A DNA stretch of 64,000 nucleotides from Octopus vulgaris (Eukaryota), in NCBI GenBank assembly GCA_951406725.2, contig OX597826.1, forward strand, positions 60,016,001-60,080,000, written 5' to 3'. The notes below the pieces were generated by a model. That model had not been told where the DNA came from, did no database searches, and saw nothing but the letters and a program-made list of their open reading frames with translations. The position numbers and the translations under genes are program-made. Position 1 is the stretch's first letter. Every line of letters begins with the position of its first letter. Shown here in pieces: positions 1-13,619 of this stretch.

Positions 1-50
<50 letters not shown>

Positions 51-421
51 ATAAGCACATATATATCAAATGTATAAAGTAAAAAGACATTGTTTTTGTC
101 GCTTCCTATTTTTTTATGAGACACTAAGCCTTCTTAAATCGATCAGAAATTGTTCAATGTCTAAACCTACAGCGTCTCACTTGCTTTACTGAGAAAAAAA
201 AAAGAGCCAACAGTGGTAATCTCCTTCCTTCTGTCTCGTAGTTTGTCTCCAGCTTCTTCTATTGTAAACTGCAAACTCATTTGATGACATTTATAACATT
301 AATGCTATTAATGAACAAGCGCAACATCATAACAAGAACAACAGAATACCAACAATCGCAAAGACGACCACAATGATGGTTATGATGGGCCATGACGGAC
401 GTGGTAATGATGATGCTGATG

Positions 422-477
<56 letters not shown>

Positions 478-1014
478 GTGAAGGGTTTCTTTATTTGCGA
501 AAAGAGCATCAATGAGGAATATGACAGCAATGATTTCACAACATATGTCAAGATAACAGATTGGAACTACTTTTACAGCATTCTGGTTTTCAAATAAGTC
601 TGCATATGTCTAGGGAATGACAATGTGGAGAAAAGTAAAACAGAAAAAACTCTGAATTTTGGCATAAAGGCAGAGCACAAGCTGGAAGACAGAACAAACA
701 TGACATCATTCTTCACAAGAGAAATTACTAAATAGCCAGGATACACAAGCACACACACAAGCACACATATACACACACACACACACACACGAACGCACAC
801 ACTTACATTAATACACAAACATACACATGCGAACACACGTATATATATATACACACACACATATATATACATATATACAGAGAGAGAGAGAGTGTGTGTG
901 TGTGTGAAAAAGAGAAAGAAAGAAATATAGATAGATAGACAGATATACACACACATATATGTATACGTACCTACTACGAATATATATATATATAACATTT
1001 TAGTGTATTTATGT

Positions 1015-1053
<39 letters not shown>

Positions 1054-1725
1054 AATACACACATACCTACGTACATGCATACATATATATACATATATAC
1101 GTATGCAATATATATTCTACAAAATGTGTGTGTGTGTCTGTATGTGTGTTTGTGTATGTATGTACGTCCTAGAGTACAGGAAATGCATGCACTATGATTT
1201 GTATGCCTGTAAGTATTACACCACATGTTCCGAGATATATTTCCTTCGTTTTACTTTGCAACTCCTGTTAGGTAACAACAGGTTGTTTCGAGATAGAGTA
1301 AGAGCTTGGGACAAACTAAGAGAGAAGAAACAACACACAGAGTACAGGAGAAAGAGAGAGAGAGAGTGAATGAGAGAGAAGTTTTTTGGAGACATTGAGA
1401 AAGTTGTTTAAGATGTCTACGTGAAAATAAGATCGAATATACGAAATAATGATGTGGTTGCTTTAAATAATAGCACTTAATGGATCTCTTGGTGACAGTG
1501 TTGAATTTGTCTTTAACAAGAAAAAAGAAAAAAGAAAAACGTAGATGTTCTAAAATATAGTTTATTCTGTCTTTTTTTTTAGTTTATTTTACGTGTAGCC
1601 ATAATGTTATAAAAATAAAATGATAGAATAGAAATCACGAAATACAAAATGTTTTCTGAAAGATTATGATTTTGTTATAAATGTAGTAAACTCTGATAAA
1701 TAGCAATGGTAGTAACAACAACAGC

Positions 1726-2223
<498 letters not shown>

Positions 2224-2229
2224 ATTTAG

Positions 2230-2720
2230 CCATAAAAAGCGTGCAGTAATATTCCTGATGGAAGAGAAAGTCAATAAACTTGAAAGTCCAGAATTGTCAT
2301 CAAGAGTCGCTCTGAAAAGAGTTGCTGATACTCGGTATAATTGCCCAAGAATACTAGAAAACTGTAGAAGACAAAGTGGAGGAGATATTGGCAGTTGCAG
2401 AAAGCAAGAGCTAGAGAGGATAGAGTGTCCGTTTATGTACAGAGGATATACGTAAAGAGACACAGGGATTTGGCAAGGGCTAGTCTGCTGCGAAGATTGA
2501 AAATGCTCAGAAGAAAATAGCTTGGAATGGCATATCAAGAGTGCCACGGAACACATAGCGGTTCAGATGAGAAAGACTGGTATAGGCAGGACAGAGATTC
2601 CGTGGAAACACAAGAGTACAAACAAGGGTAGAAAAGGACAAAGGAGACGAAAGTAAATGAAATGGAAATATGATGTATGGGCAGATTGCAAGGGAGTTGA
2701 ACAGGAATGCAGAAGCCGAT
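2230..2720 (-). pseudogene. Highly decayed non-LTR retrotransposon ORF2 fragment (endonuclease-RT linker)
   Basis: Minus-strand peptide ISPPL...SATLFRATLDDNSG resembles the SFPPL...FASNSTLDDSG linker of invertebrate APE-type LINEs. Judged by eye only. Confidence 0.3.
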
Positions 2721-2753
2721 GGTATAATAATAATAATAATGATAATAATAATG

Positions 2754-2831
<78 letters not shown>

Positions 2832-2834
<3 letters not shown>

Positions 2835-3388
2835 GCCCCGATGCAGTACCAGGCTGTGGCCCTCATGGCTTCTGATCTTAACTGATTGGAAGTGTCATCA
2901 TGTACATTGTTTTGTATTGGTATAAAAGATGGGCTACAGCAAATATCCAGCTCAATACCACAGATTTGCTTGTCAGTTGTTTGACCTTAACCAGTTGAGC
3001 ATGCCCCTTAGTGGCTGACGATATGTGCATCTCTGATCACGAGCAGAAGAAGTGGGGGAGCATCATACCCATGTGTTGAGAGGGATTCTTTGGGGTTTGA
3101 ATGATACACCTCTGGAAACATGGGTGGTTCTTTCAACATCCTTAAACAACCCTTATTCAGGGACCGTTTGAGCGGGATGGGCTACTCAACCTGAAGAAAA
3201 TTCTAACTGGGCCCCACCTGCAAGGTCATGTGATGTTTATCTTGATATGAGATCACCATGTCGCGCACATATGGTTGTGATGCATGTGCCTGGTGTACCC
3301 TTATCAGACGGGGAGTCATGATGGGTATATTGGGCTTCGTATATTTTACCCCAGTGTCACTTTGATGGCATGAACTGCTCTCTCACTC
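2832..3388 (+). mobile_element. ~560-bp retroposon 3' segment with (AAT)n tail, inserted in an (AAT)n array
   Basis: (AAT)n lies on both sides. The same 3' end (..actgctctctcactc+AAT tail) recurs in 5'-truncated form at 8655-8797 and 8969-9146. Confidence 0.85.
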
Positions 3389-3444
<56 letters not shown>

Positions 3445-3502
3445 GAAGAAGAAGAAGAAGAAGAAGAAGAATCAGAAGAAGAAGAAGAAGAAGAAGAAGA
3501 AG

Positions 3503-3534
<32 letters not shown>

Positions 3535-4049
3535 TCCTTTCTACTAAAAGCACAAGGCTTGAGTCCTCAAATGGTACTTAATTTATCGGTACCAGTAAGG
3601 GAATATGGTCGGTAAATACTATGTGATCCGTCCTGGCTAAGCAGTGCCGGTGTTTCATGTTGAAGGCCATATTGTAATCCAGCGCCATAATTACCTATGT
3701 TTTGCGTTATAGTAGTAAACGGTAATCTTAGGTTTGAAGTTGTTTTGAATTTTCTGTTGCTGGTTCTGTTGCCGTCGTGGCTGTTGTCGTCGTGTCTGTT
3801 GCCGCCGTGATGGTGTCATCGTCGGCATTGTTGGTTATTTTCATTTTACTATTGGTGCTGCTGTTGTCCTATTTTCCCTTGTTTTTACCATTGTTCTTGT
3901 TATAGATATTGCTGTTGTTACTGAACTCTTTCATTTTCTTGATCACTAGAAAACTACCAAACATTTTGTTTCTTATTTTCTCGTGGGCGCAGCACCCTCT
4001 CCGCTAGGCCATTCATCCCCACAAACACACATATAAAAGCATGATCATA

Positions 4050-4247
4050 TGTTTATTCCAGAGCCGTAATATCATAAAACCTGTTTCCAGGATTTTATGG
4101 CATATATATTCTCAATCTCTTGGACGGCACGCCGATATATCGCAGCGATACTCATTTTGCGTTAGAACACAAGGCCTTGCCTATCCAGGAATCGAAACTA
4201 TAATCTTACGACCACGAGTGCAACACCCCAACCACTGAGCTATGGGC
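4050..4247 (-). mobile_element. Degenerate tRNA-headed SINE (tail shared with the 27869-28150 copy)
   Basis: Minus strand reads tagctcagtggtt (A box)...gtttcgattcc (B box). Tail ggacggcacgcc..cgcagcgatactca matches ggacaggacgcc..cgcagcgttactca at 27.95 kb. Confidence 0.6.
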
Positions 4248-4340
4248 TACAACATGAATATATATGATCTCATAACTGTACTTGTGTGCGTATGTTTGTG
4301 TATGCGTGTATATGTGTTTGTGTGTGTGCAAGTACAACAG

Positions 4341-4499
4341 TTTTCCACACAACTTCCTTTAACAAATTCATTTACAAGGCATTGGTCGGCCCATCACTGT
4401 AGTAGAAGACAGTTGCTCAAGTGACCGTGCGGTGGGACTGAACCAGAGACCATGTGGTTGTGAAGCAAATTTATTAGCCACACAGTCATGCATTCGCCT
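4341..4499 (-). mobile_element. SINE family B (CORE-like), degenerate 5' half
   Basis: Similar to the 19183-19320 head (gtggtaa..ccacatggt..cagtcccac..ttgagcaa..tcttctacta). Confidence 0.75.
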
Positions 4500-4659
4500 A
4501 TACAACAACCTTCTGCCGGAATGATTATAAAATATGTGGGTGATGCAAAGAGTGTTATTTGAAAGAGAAGATTATGATAACATTTTTGTAAAATAGCGTT
4601 AAGGAAATGCAAAAATTTTCTATATGTAAATACCTTGAATATATTGTCAATGACCTCGA

Positions 4660-4930
4660 TGTAAAAATTCCTCCAGCTGTAAGTTATCCGAAAGATGATA
4701 ACGCATCACTCAAATACATTGAGTCAGTCATCCAACTACAAACAATCCGAAAAGATAACCAGAATATAGAGAGTGAAAATAGAACCAATCCCTGTAATAA
4801 TAGGAGCCTGAAGGATAATTAGAAAACATAGATAAATGCTTAAACGAAATGTCAGGACTCGAGAAAATACGATACATTCAGAACAGCGCGTTAGAAGGTG
4901 TTGCGAACAAACGTGCGCATACTCAAAAGC
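4660..4930 (+). pseudogene. R4/Dong-like non-LTR retrotransposon C-terminal restriction-like endonuclease remnant
   Basis: Across stops and frameshifts it reads VSYPKDDNASLKYIE..YKQSEKITRI*RVKIEPIPVIIGA*RIIRKH/DKCLNEMSGLEKIRYIQNSAL..AHIL. This matches the RLE C-terminal pattern DVSIPxDxNxxxKExEKxxKYxxLxxExxRMW...PIIIGALG...IQKxAL.GTAHIL. Confidence 0.7.
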
Positions 4931-5559
4931 AAGCTACGATTTTTTGCAGGTGAAAAAGGGAAAAATTTATTCTAATGTCCAGTATTTTCATACATAGCAG
5001 CTTGGTCGTTCAGCCAAGGACACCAGTCATCATGAATAATTTTAATTCTTTTTGTTTCCGACTTGCACAATCTCTCTTTCAATTCGTGCTCATGGCAAAA
5101 CAGGAAACATGTACCTAAGGAGAAGAAGGATATAGGAAGAAGGATATAAGTTCTATTTAAGCATAAGAATTAAAACACCGGAAAGAGTTTTGTTATATGA
5201 TGTGTAGTTTCTTTCTTAAATGCACAATATCTCAGTGCGGCATACGCAAAAAGTCGAATCCAGCACCAGAAACTCTGGGAAAATACCACTTACACAGTAA
5301 ATACGTAAACCGTATAATTACCTTTGCATGCAACTGTCCATGCATCCATGTGCACATGCTAATATTTATAAGCAACATAACGTTGCATTGTCGAGGTGCA
5401 GAAAAGTGCAATCTTGTATTCTACGAGAATCGTAGGGAGGTTTCTTGACATTTGAGGAGTCTTATTCTCACCAAACCTCAAGGCGTCCTTTCTAACTAAT
5501 AATATAGCATTTAATAGCTTTAATAATAATTGGTTCAGATTGTATTTTGGTATACGCAA

Positions 5560-5750
5560 GTATATTTTAGGAGCATTTATTTTCTTGATTGAATTGACCT
5601 AAATGCTCACCTGATACTTGATTTATCAAATCTGTAAAAAGGTAAAGTCGATCTCGGCGGCATTTTAACTCAGAAAACATACAGGCAGACGGAATACCAT
5701 TAAGTTTTTTTTGTATCTGGCGTGCTAATGACTCTGCCAGCTCACTGCCT
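5560..5750 (-). mobile_element. SINE family A, degenerate
   Basis: aaggtaaagtcgatctcggcggcattttaactcagaa...cgtgctaatgactctgccagctcactgcc matches the intact copies at 11.2 and 30.6 kb. Confidence 0.75.
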
Positions 5751-5770
5751 TAATAACAACAACAACAATA

Positions 5771-5826
<56 letters not shown>

Positions 5827-5851
5827 CATCATCATAATAATAATAATAATG

Positions 5852-5936
<85 letters not shown>

Positions 5937-6000
5937 CATTAATAATTATCATTAAATAATAATGATAATAATAATAAATAATAATAAATAGTAATAATAA
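5751..6000. repeat. (AAC)(GAT)(AAT)(ATT) microsatellite block
   Basis: Directly visible. Confidence 0.95.
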
Positions 6001-6114
6001 AAGTGCTGAAACCTGCTTCCCTGGCCGCTGTAAAGCCGGGGTTTGAGATGTCGGTGTGCCATCTCGAGAAGCACGATAACTCACTCCAGGAATTAGTAAA
6101 CAAAATGACAGAAA

Positions 6115-7140
6115 AAACATTTCAAAAGTGTTGAATGAAAGTTACCAGCATGTGGCGAAAAACCATCCTCGTTTCAAACAGATATTTCCTCAGCCGCCTA
6201 TTGCAGCCTTTAGACGGAATAAGAATATAAGAGAATTATTGACCTCTATATCTGAACATTGGAGTATCTGCACGCTGTACCTTAAAGAACAGCCGCAAGA
6301 GAGGTAAGCCTCTCAGTGGGGCCCATTGTGCAACAACAGGAGTGAAGTGAATTCCATCAGATATCATAACAGAAATGTTACGATTTATACAGAAGGTGGA
6401 ATATGTAAAGATTCCCATTTGGTGTACGCTGCAGAATGCACGAAACACAATTTATGTTAGTTGTACAGTGTGGAAGCACTCCGTCGGTTACGACGACGAG
6501 GGTTCCGGTTGATCCGATCAACGGAACAGCCTGCTCGTGAAATTAACGTGTAAGTGGCTGAGCACTCCACAGACACGTGTAACCTTAACATAGTTCTCGG
6601 GGATATTCAGCGTGACACAGAGAGTGACAAGGCCGGCCCTTTGAAATACAGGTACAACAGAAACAGGAAGTAAGAGTGAGAGTAAGTTGCGGCGAAAGAG
6701 TACAGCAGGGATCACCACCAGCCCCTGCCGGAGCCTCGTGGAGCTTTTAGGTGTTTTCGCTCAATAAACACTCACAACGCCCGGTCTGGGAATCGAAACC
6801 GCGATCCTACGACCGCGTGTCCGCTGCCCTAACCACTGGGCCATTGCGCCTCCACTGGTTGTACAACCGAACAATTAAAAAGAAAGGTTTAATAGGCACA
6901 GATTCAACGTCAGGCACAGTAACAGTAGTTCAACAGAACTTGCTGAACAATACGTTTCAAGCGGCTGCAATTTCGAAGAAGGCTTGAAATTCCATATTTT
7001 TCAGAAAATGTTCTGAATCTGCTTCACTTCCACTTCTCAGAATGTATGAGAAGGAATATGTTTGCGGTTTATTAACGTCACGTCCAGGAGGAATGAATAA
7101 GATGACAGGAGAATATCATCAAATTTATACAAAAACTGTT
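6115..7140 (+). pseudogene. Penelope-like retroelement fragment: linker plus GIY-YIG endonuclease, disrupted and split by a SINE
   Basis: Reads NISKVLNESYQHVAKNHPRFKQIFPQPPIAAFRRNKNIRELL; GICKDSHLVYAAECTKHN/YVSCT | SINE | GCTTEQLKR/RFNRHRFNV..ELAEQY..LLRMYEKEYVCGLLTSRPGGMN. These are the VY..YVG..R..H..E..N hallmarks of the PLE GIY-YIG domain. Confidence 0.85.
6468..6857 (-). mobile_element. SINE family C (tRNA head, body 1, tail X), near full length, with 8-bp TSD
   Basis: Minus head is ggaggcgcaatggcccagtggttagggcagcgg..gtttcgattccc. TSD gttgtaca lies at 6460-6467 and 6858-6865. Confidence 0.92.
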
Positions 7141-7342
7141 TGACTAAATATTCTTCTTTCTCTTTTTTTCTTTCCTTTTTTTTCTATAGTTTTGGATTTT
7201 TATCACTTCTTATTTTGAATTTGACAAAGACAGACTTACTGTTGAAATATCGTTTGACTAATAATAATATAGGTTACAATCCTATCGCGCTCTTCGTCTT
7301 GACTGTTTACCTCTGTGAAGAGTTACGTCAATCCTTTTTAAG

Positions 7343-7354
7343 ATATTATTATTA

Positions 7355-7415
<61 letters not shown>

Positions 7416-7432
7416 CATTATCATCATCATCA

Positions 7433-7482
<50 letters not shown>

Positions 7483-7674
7483 TCTACTAAATGCACTAGG
7501 CCTGAAATTTGGTGGGAGGGGACTATTCGATTACATCGACTCCAGTGTTCTACTTGTACTTAATTTAGTGATCCCGAAAGGATAAAAGGTAAAGTCAACT
7601 TCGGTAGATTTAAACTCAGAATGCGCGGGCACACGAAGAATTTCGCCCGGTGTGCTAACGATTCTGCCACCTCA

Positions 7675-7737
<63 letters not shown>

Positions 7738-7764
7738 CATCATCATCATTATCATTGATGATAC

Positions 7765-7827
<63 letters not shown>

Positions 7828-7829
7828 TA

Positions 7830-7890
<61 letters not shown>

Positions 7891-8070
7891 TTATGATAAT
7901 AATGATGATGCTGATGATGCTGATGATGCTGATGATGTTGATGATGATGACAACGACGTCGACTATGATGATGATGATGACGACGATGACGATGATGAGG
8001 ATGTTGATGATGATGATGAATAACAACAACAGCAGTAGCAAAAGCAACAACCACAGCCATAACAATAATG
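7343..8070. repeat. (ATT)n/(AAT)n/(GAT)n field containing a family A SINE
   Basis: Directly visible. Confidence 0.95.
7481..7675 (-). mobile_element. SINE family A
   Basis: cctgaaatttgg..tcgattacatcgactccag..cccgaaaggataaaaggtaaagtcaacttcgg..tgctaacgattctgcc. Confidence 0.85.
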
Positions 8071-8599
8071 GTATTAACTATAAAACTCTACAACGTAATA
8101 TGTACAAATATATGAATAAATAATAAACAAAAATCGCCATTCTGCCTCGGATTTCAATGACAAATGTTTCAGAATTGTTGGTCATGTTGGCTCTGTGCTG
8201 GTAATTCTTCATTATTAATTTTTAATTGCAATATCCATTTCTCTTATCTTCTCATTTATATCTTTGCAATGGTCAATCTGTTCTGGTTCCCTGTCACTTT
8301 AACTGACGTTGCCACCTCCAACAGCTCCGTTGCTGATATAAATAATAATCGTCAAGATAACCAACAACAATAACAACAACAACAACAAAAACAGTGCCAC
8401 CACTTCCAGCTTGGACACCGCCAACGCAACGCAACAATGATTACCGCAGTCGTCTCCACCACTGCCATGATATGAGAATGAACAGCATCCTATCAGAAGT
8501 TTCCATCGCAGGACAACCACAAATCATCACGTAATAGCAATAGTATTGATGATGAAGATAATGATGTGAATGATGATAGTAGTAGTAGTAATTGTTGTT

Positions 8600-8642
<43 letters not shown>

Positions 8643-8654
8643 AAATAGTAGTAG

Positions 8655-8797
8655 TATGAGATCACCATGTCGCGCACATATGGTTGTGATGCATGTTCCT
8701 GGTGTACCCTTATCACACGGGTAGTCATGATGGGTATACTGGGCGTCGTATATTTGCCCCCAGTCTCACTTTGATGACATGAACTGCTCTCTTACTC
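8655..8797 (+). mobile_element. 5'-truncated copy of the (AAT)n-tailed retroposon
   Basis: Closely matches 3247-3388 and is followed by (AAT)n. Confidence 0.9.
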
Positions 8798-8928
<131 letters not shown>

Positions 8929-8968
8929 TAATAATAATAGTAATAATAATAATAATAATATTATTATT

Positions 8969-9146
8969 GCCCCACCTGCAATGTCACGTGCTATTTATCC
9001 TGATATGGGATCCCAATGTCGCGCAGATATGGTTGTGATGCATGTGCCTGGTGTACCCTTATCAGACGGGTAGTCATGATAAATATACTGGGCTTCGTAT
9101 ATTTTACCCCAGTGTCACTTTGGTGGCATGTACTGCTCTCTCACTC
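8969..9146 (+). mobile_element. 5'-truncated copy of the (AAT)n-tailed retroposon, at the end of the previous copy's tail
   Basis: Matches 3211-3388 and is followed by (AAT)n. Confidence 0.9.
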
Positions 9147-9211
<65 letters not shown>

Positions 9212-9419
9212 TTTCAAATTTTGCCACCAGCTATTTCGTCCAGCGTAACAATAATGATATCGCAAAAATTGACATCTTCATCTGCCTCTTTCTCCTCCTC
9301 TCCTTCCTCTTCCACATCATCATCCTCATAATCATCGTCATCATTATCACCACCATTATGATGTTTATTCGTTTATTATGGTGGTTGTCTGTTCGTACAG
9401 TTGAATTTATTTCCAACCA

Positions 9420-10000
9420 ACTGAATTCTACTTTCAGCAGCTATGGCCATCTTATACGTATCTATTTCATATCATTCTTATTGGAATTTCAGCTACAGAC
9501 TTTTATCTAAGTCATCGTTTAGTCTGATTACCCGTAGCCCATACAGCTTTCAATCCAGTATATCTCAGTAGTTTTCTCCTCAGATTCGACATGCCAAAAC
9601 AACTATATCTTAATGCACCAGTATCTATTTTCACATCAAGGAGCCTCGCATTTCTTTAAGAGGAGAATTTTCTTGGACTTCCCTTTTCATTTTGTGTTGA
9701 TAGTATATCACAGCAAAGTTATTACTGGTCCAAATATGGTTGGGGAACATTTGGATAGTTAAGAAAGCCATTCACTGTGCTGTGGCATGAAGTAAACCTT
9801 TCGCTGTACACACATTATGGAAATACACACACAGATCAGCTCTCAATTCCACCTACCCAGACTGTAAGATGCAACCATTTCGGAGTGGTTGTCTCCTCTT
9901 CGTTCTCAGAAACTGTACACGGTGCGCTGCGTACTGTTAACAGAGATTGTCTCTCTTATGATATTCTAGACATCGTTCGACAAAACCTTTTCTGCTGACT
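9420..10000 (-). pseudogene. Possible very old RTE-like RT fragment
   Basis: Weak by-eye similarity: GDNHSEMVA..FHNVCTAKGLLHA versus GGGCSESVVAR..LYDACVRTAMLHG. Confidence 0.25.
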
Positions 10001-10779
10001 GTTCCAATTCTTGCGTTTTAAGGACCAGTCCGAGCTTGGTCAGCTACTCATTTTGCATCCTTTTTCCGGATTGATAGCAAACTGATGGTCTAGGTTAGTG
10101 AAGTGTTTGAATCACTGATGCATCAGTCAAGATTCTTTGAGCAATTTGTGCCATTCCTATGCGCCCCACGATCGAAACCCCCCTTGCATAAATGAACGCT
10201 AGAATAATTTTTCGTGTGATTAATAGTAGTAGTAACTTGACACCCGTTGCCTTTAGCCTAAGAACCCTCCGTGTTGCAAGTACTCAACCGCGATCTCTTG
10301 TTTGAGAATAACATACTCCCTTCGTATCGACACTCTTGAAGTGTCGTGAGCCCTACTACAGCTACTACTAATACTACTACTACTACTACTGCTGTTGCTG
10401 CTGCTGCTGCTGCTACTGATGCTACTGCTACATTCACAATTCCAAATAACGTTAAAATTATTAAAATGTTGTCTATATTTCTTGCGTTATGTGCTGTTCT
10501 GGTGGAAATGGTTTTAGATATACGTTGTTGGAAAGAAATCTGCTGTAGTTATGTCTGGAATATCACTGAGATTAAGCGATGATTATGTGCTTACCAGCAA
10601 TATGAAAACCAACAAATACAACAACGAGTACAACGACAGCAAAAACAACCCTCGTTACACATACGTGTGCATGTGTGTGTGCGTGTTTATGTGTGCGTGT
10701 GCGTGCTTGCGTGCATGTCTGAGTGCATGTGTTCATAAACCTGTCCGCACATGTATGTACACAAATATCGTTTATTATG

Positions 10780-11527
10780 TCTTTACTACCCACAAGGGGC
10801 TACACACAGAGGGGGGAAACAAGGAGAGATAAGCGGATTAAGTCGATTACATCGACTCCAGTGCGTAACTGGTACTTATTTAATCAATCCCGAAAGGATG
10901 AAAGGCAAGGTCAACCTCGGCGGAATTTGAACTCAGAACATAAAGACAGACGAAATGCTGCTAAGCATTTCGCCCAGTGTGCTAACGTTTCTTATTTCTT
11001 TACTGCCCACAAGGGGCTACACACAGAGGGGAGAAACAAGGAGAGACTAGCGGATTAAGTCGATTGTATCGACTCCAGTGCGTAACTGGTACTTATTTAA
11101 ACGACCTCGAAAGCATGCGAGGCAAAGTTGACCTCGGCGGAATTTGAACTCAGAACGTTGCGGCAGACGAAATACCTATTTCTTTATTACCCACAAGGGG
11201 CTAAACACAGAGGGGACAAACAAGGACAGACATAGGTATTAAGTCGATTACATCGACCCCAGTGTGTAACTGGTACTTAATTTATCGACCCCGAAAGGAT
11301 GAAAGGCAAAGTCGACCTCGGCGGAATTTGAACTCAGAACGTAACGGCAGACGAAATACGGCTACGCATTTCGCCCGGCGTGCTAACATTTCTACCAGTG
11401 GCCCAGCACAAAAGACGAATTAGTCATTAGACAAAATATTATTCATATAGAAAAATATTATTCATGTAGAAATACAATTAAGGGCTCCTAGATAAGAGTG
11501 CTAACGTTTCTGCCAGCTCGCTGTCTT
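10780..11527 (-). mobile_element. Head-to-tail trimer of SINE family A (tRNA-like head, Meta/MESC-like central domain, ..cccttgtgggYagtaaagaaa tail)
   Basis: Units lie at about 10780-10991, 10994-11177 and 11178-11398, with a head remnant at 11498-11527. On the minus strand the B box is gagttcaaattcc and the core is ggtcgactttgcctttcatcctttcggggtcgataaattaagtaccag. Confidence 0.93.
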
Positions 11528-12586
11528 ATCGTATAACGTTTATATAGAATGTTTATATAGATGGACGAATAACGTTTATATTGATGGACGCACTCTCACA
11601 TAAATCGTAATAACAGCTAAGCGTAGTTATACTAGCATGGAATCTAGTATAACACCTGTAATTCTATATGAATTTATAACCTAACTGAAGGCATCATCAG
11701 CTATGGTGCAGGTGAAGTACTATATTGTCTTGTGTTAGCTTTTGCAAGAATATGAACATCGTTTGATAAAATTGCTGGTGGGTAGACTAACAAAATATGC
11801 AGTGAGTGTTTATAGTCAGTAAAACAAATATGCGTAGACTATTAAATGACATGTTCAATTACTTTGAAGATGGTTATATTAGTAATAATGAACGATTAAA
11901 TATTCATATTATCTTGTTGTGCATGGAGGAAGTGAAAGTGTGACACTCGAAGAAGAACACAACAAAAGCTGGGACGGATCATTGCCTTACTACCAGAGGG
12001 CATACGTGTATAACAATAATTGTATTAGTGTATGTGTGTAAGTGTGTAAGTGCATGTGTGTGTGTGCAAATGTGTGCATGCACGCGTTTGTGAGTGTGTG
12101 CGTGTGTGGAACTGAAATAATCTTTATCACGAACTTGTAAAGACCTTTCGCTGCATAAATAGTCTATAGAGAAAATCTTCTCATACACGACATACTTGCA
12201 AACATATCACTTAACTATGAATTACATCACCGAACCTTAAGACGAATGTGTTTCTGCGCCGTTTTGCGTTATCATTTACATAATTCTTCTATTATCTCCC
12301 TTAGAAAGGCTGTTATTAAATGTAGACGCAAAAGAGATACCTTTGCTCACGAGCAGTTGCTTGATCAAAATATATTTAACTAACTGCAAGGGAACAAAGC
12401 TATGCTGTTTGAAATATAAATGAAATCCATTATATCTTAATGCGATCATGAGACCGTATGCACGTAAGATCTTTCGTTGCAGAAATATTCTCGATGCAAA
12501 ATGGTGAGCGTATTCAAAAAGTGTGTAAAATTATTGCTCACAACCATATTGTGTTAAAGGCTCCTTTTTGCAACACAAAATAATGT

Positions 12587-12589
<3 letters not shown>

Positions 12590-12660
<71 letters not shown>

Positions 12661-12849
12661 CACACGCACACACACATATGTATATATATAACATATACAT
12701 ATATATATAACGTATATATATAGATATATATATTTGTATTTGTGTGTATGTATGAGGATGCGTGTGTCCATGCCAGTGTACGTAAACTCGTATGAGTATA
12801 TGCATTTGGGTGTACATGTGTACACACACACAGACCCACATACACACAG

Positions 12850-12920
<71 letters not shown>

Positions 12921-12955
12921 GAGAGATGGAGAGAGATATGGAGTTTGAGACAGAG

Positions 12956-12990
<35 letters not shown>

Positions 12991-13568
12991 TAGATAGATA
13001 GATAGATAGATACATACATACATACATACATACATACATACATCGATGGATAGATACGGAGAGAGGGATACATAGAAAATATACAGTATATGGATATTGA
13101 TATACATATAAGTATCGATATTTGAAGACAAGTTTTTATACAGAATAATATCCATTCAAATATGCGTGGATATGCACTCACTTACCATGCAGCTGTCTTG
13201 TTCTTTATTTCTGTATGTATGTGTGGATGTGTGTATATATGTATGTATGTATATGTATATACACACATGTCTTATTATATCTATATAAGCACACATACAC
13301 ATATGTTCTCACAGGTATATATATATATATATACATATATATGCATATATATGTAAATACATTGAGTCACACAATTTATCCATTTAAATCAAGCACGCAT
13401 GCGTATCTGCGATTTACATATGCATCCGGCCGACAAACCTCTCAAAATGCTGACTCATCTGTACATAAATAAGCACTAACTTTCACCTGCTCGAAAAATT
13501 ATTTCTCATTTCTAGCCAGACATATACACAGCCACCTTTATTTCTCTGTCTCCTACTTTCACATTCTG

Positions 13569-13619
<51 letters not shown>

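Noticed and set aside
10780-11398. Regularly spaced repeats suggesting a CRISPR-like array
   Set aside because: Units are ~190-220-bp SINE copies with no unique spacers, the context is eukaryotic, and there are no cas genes.
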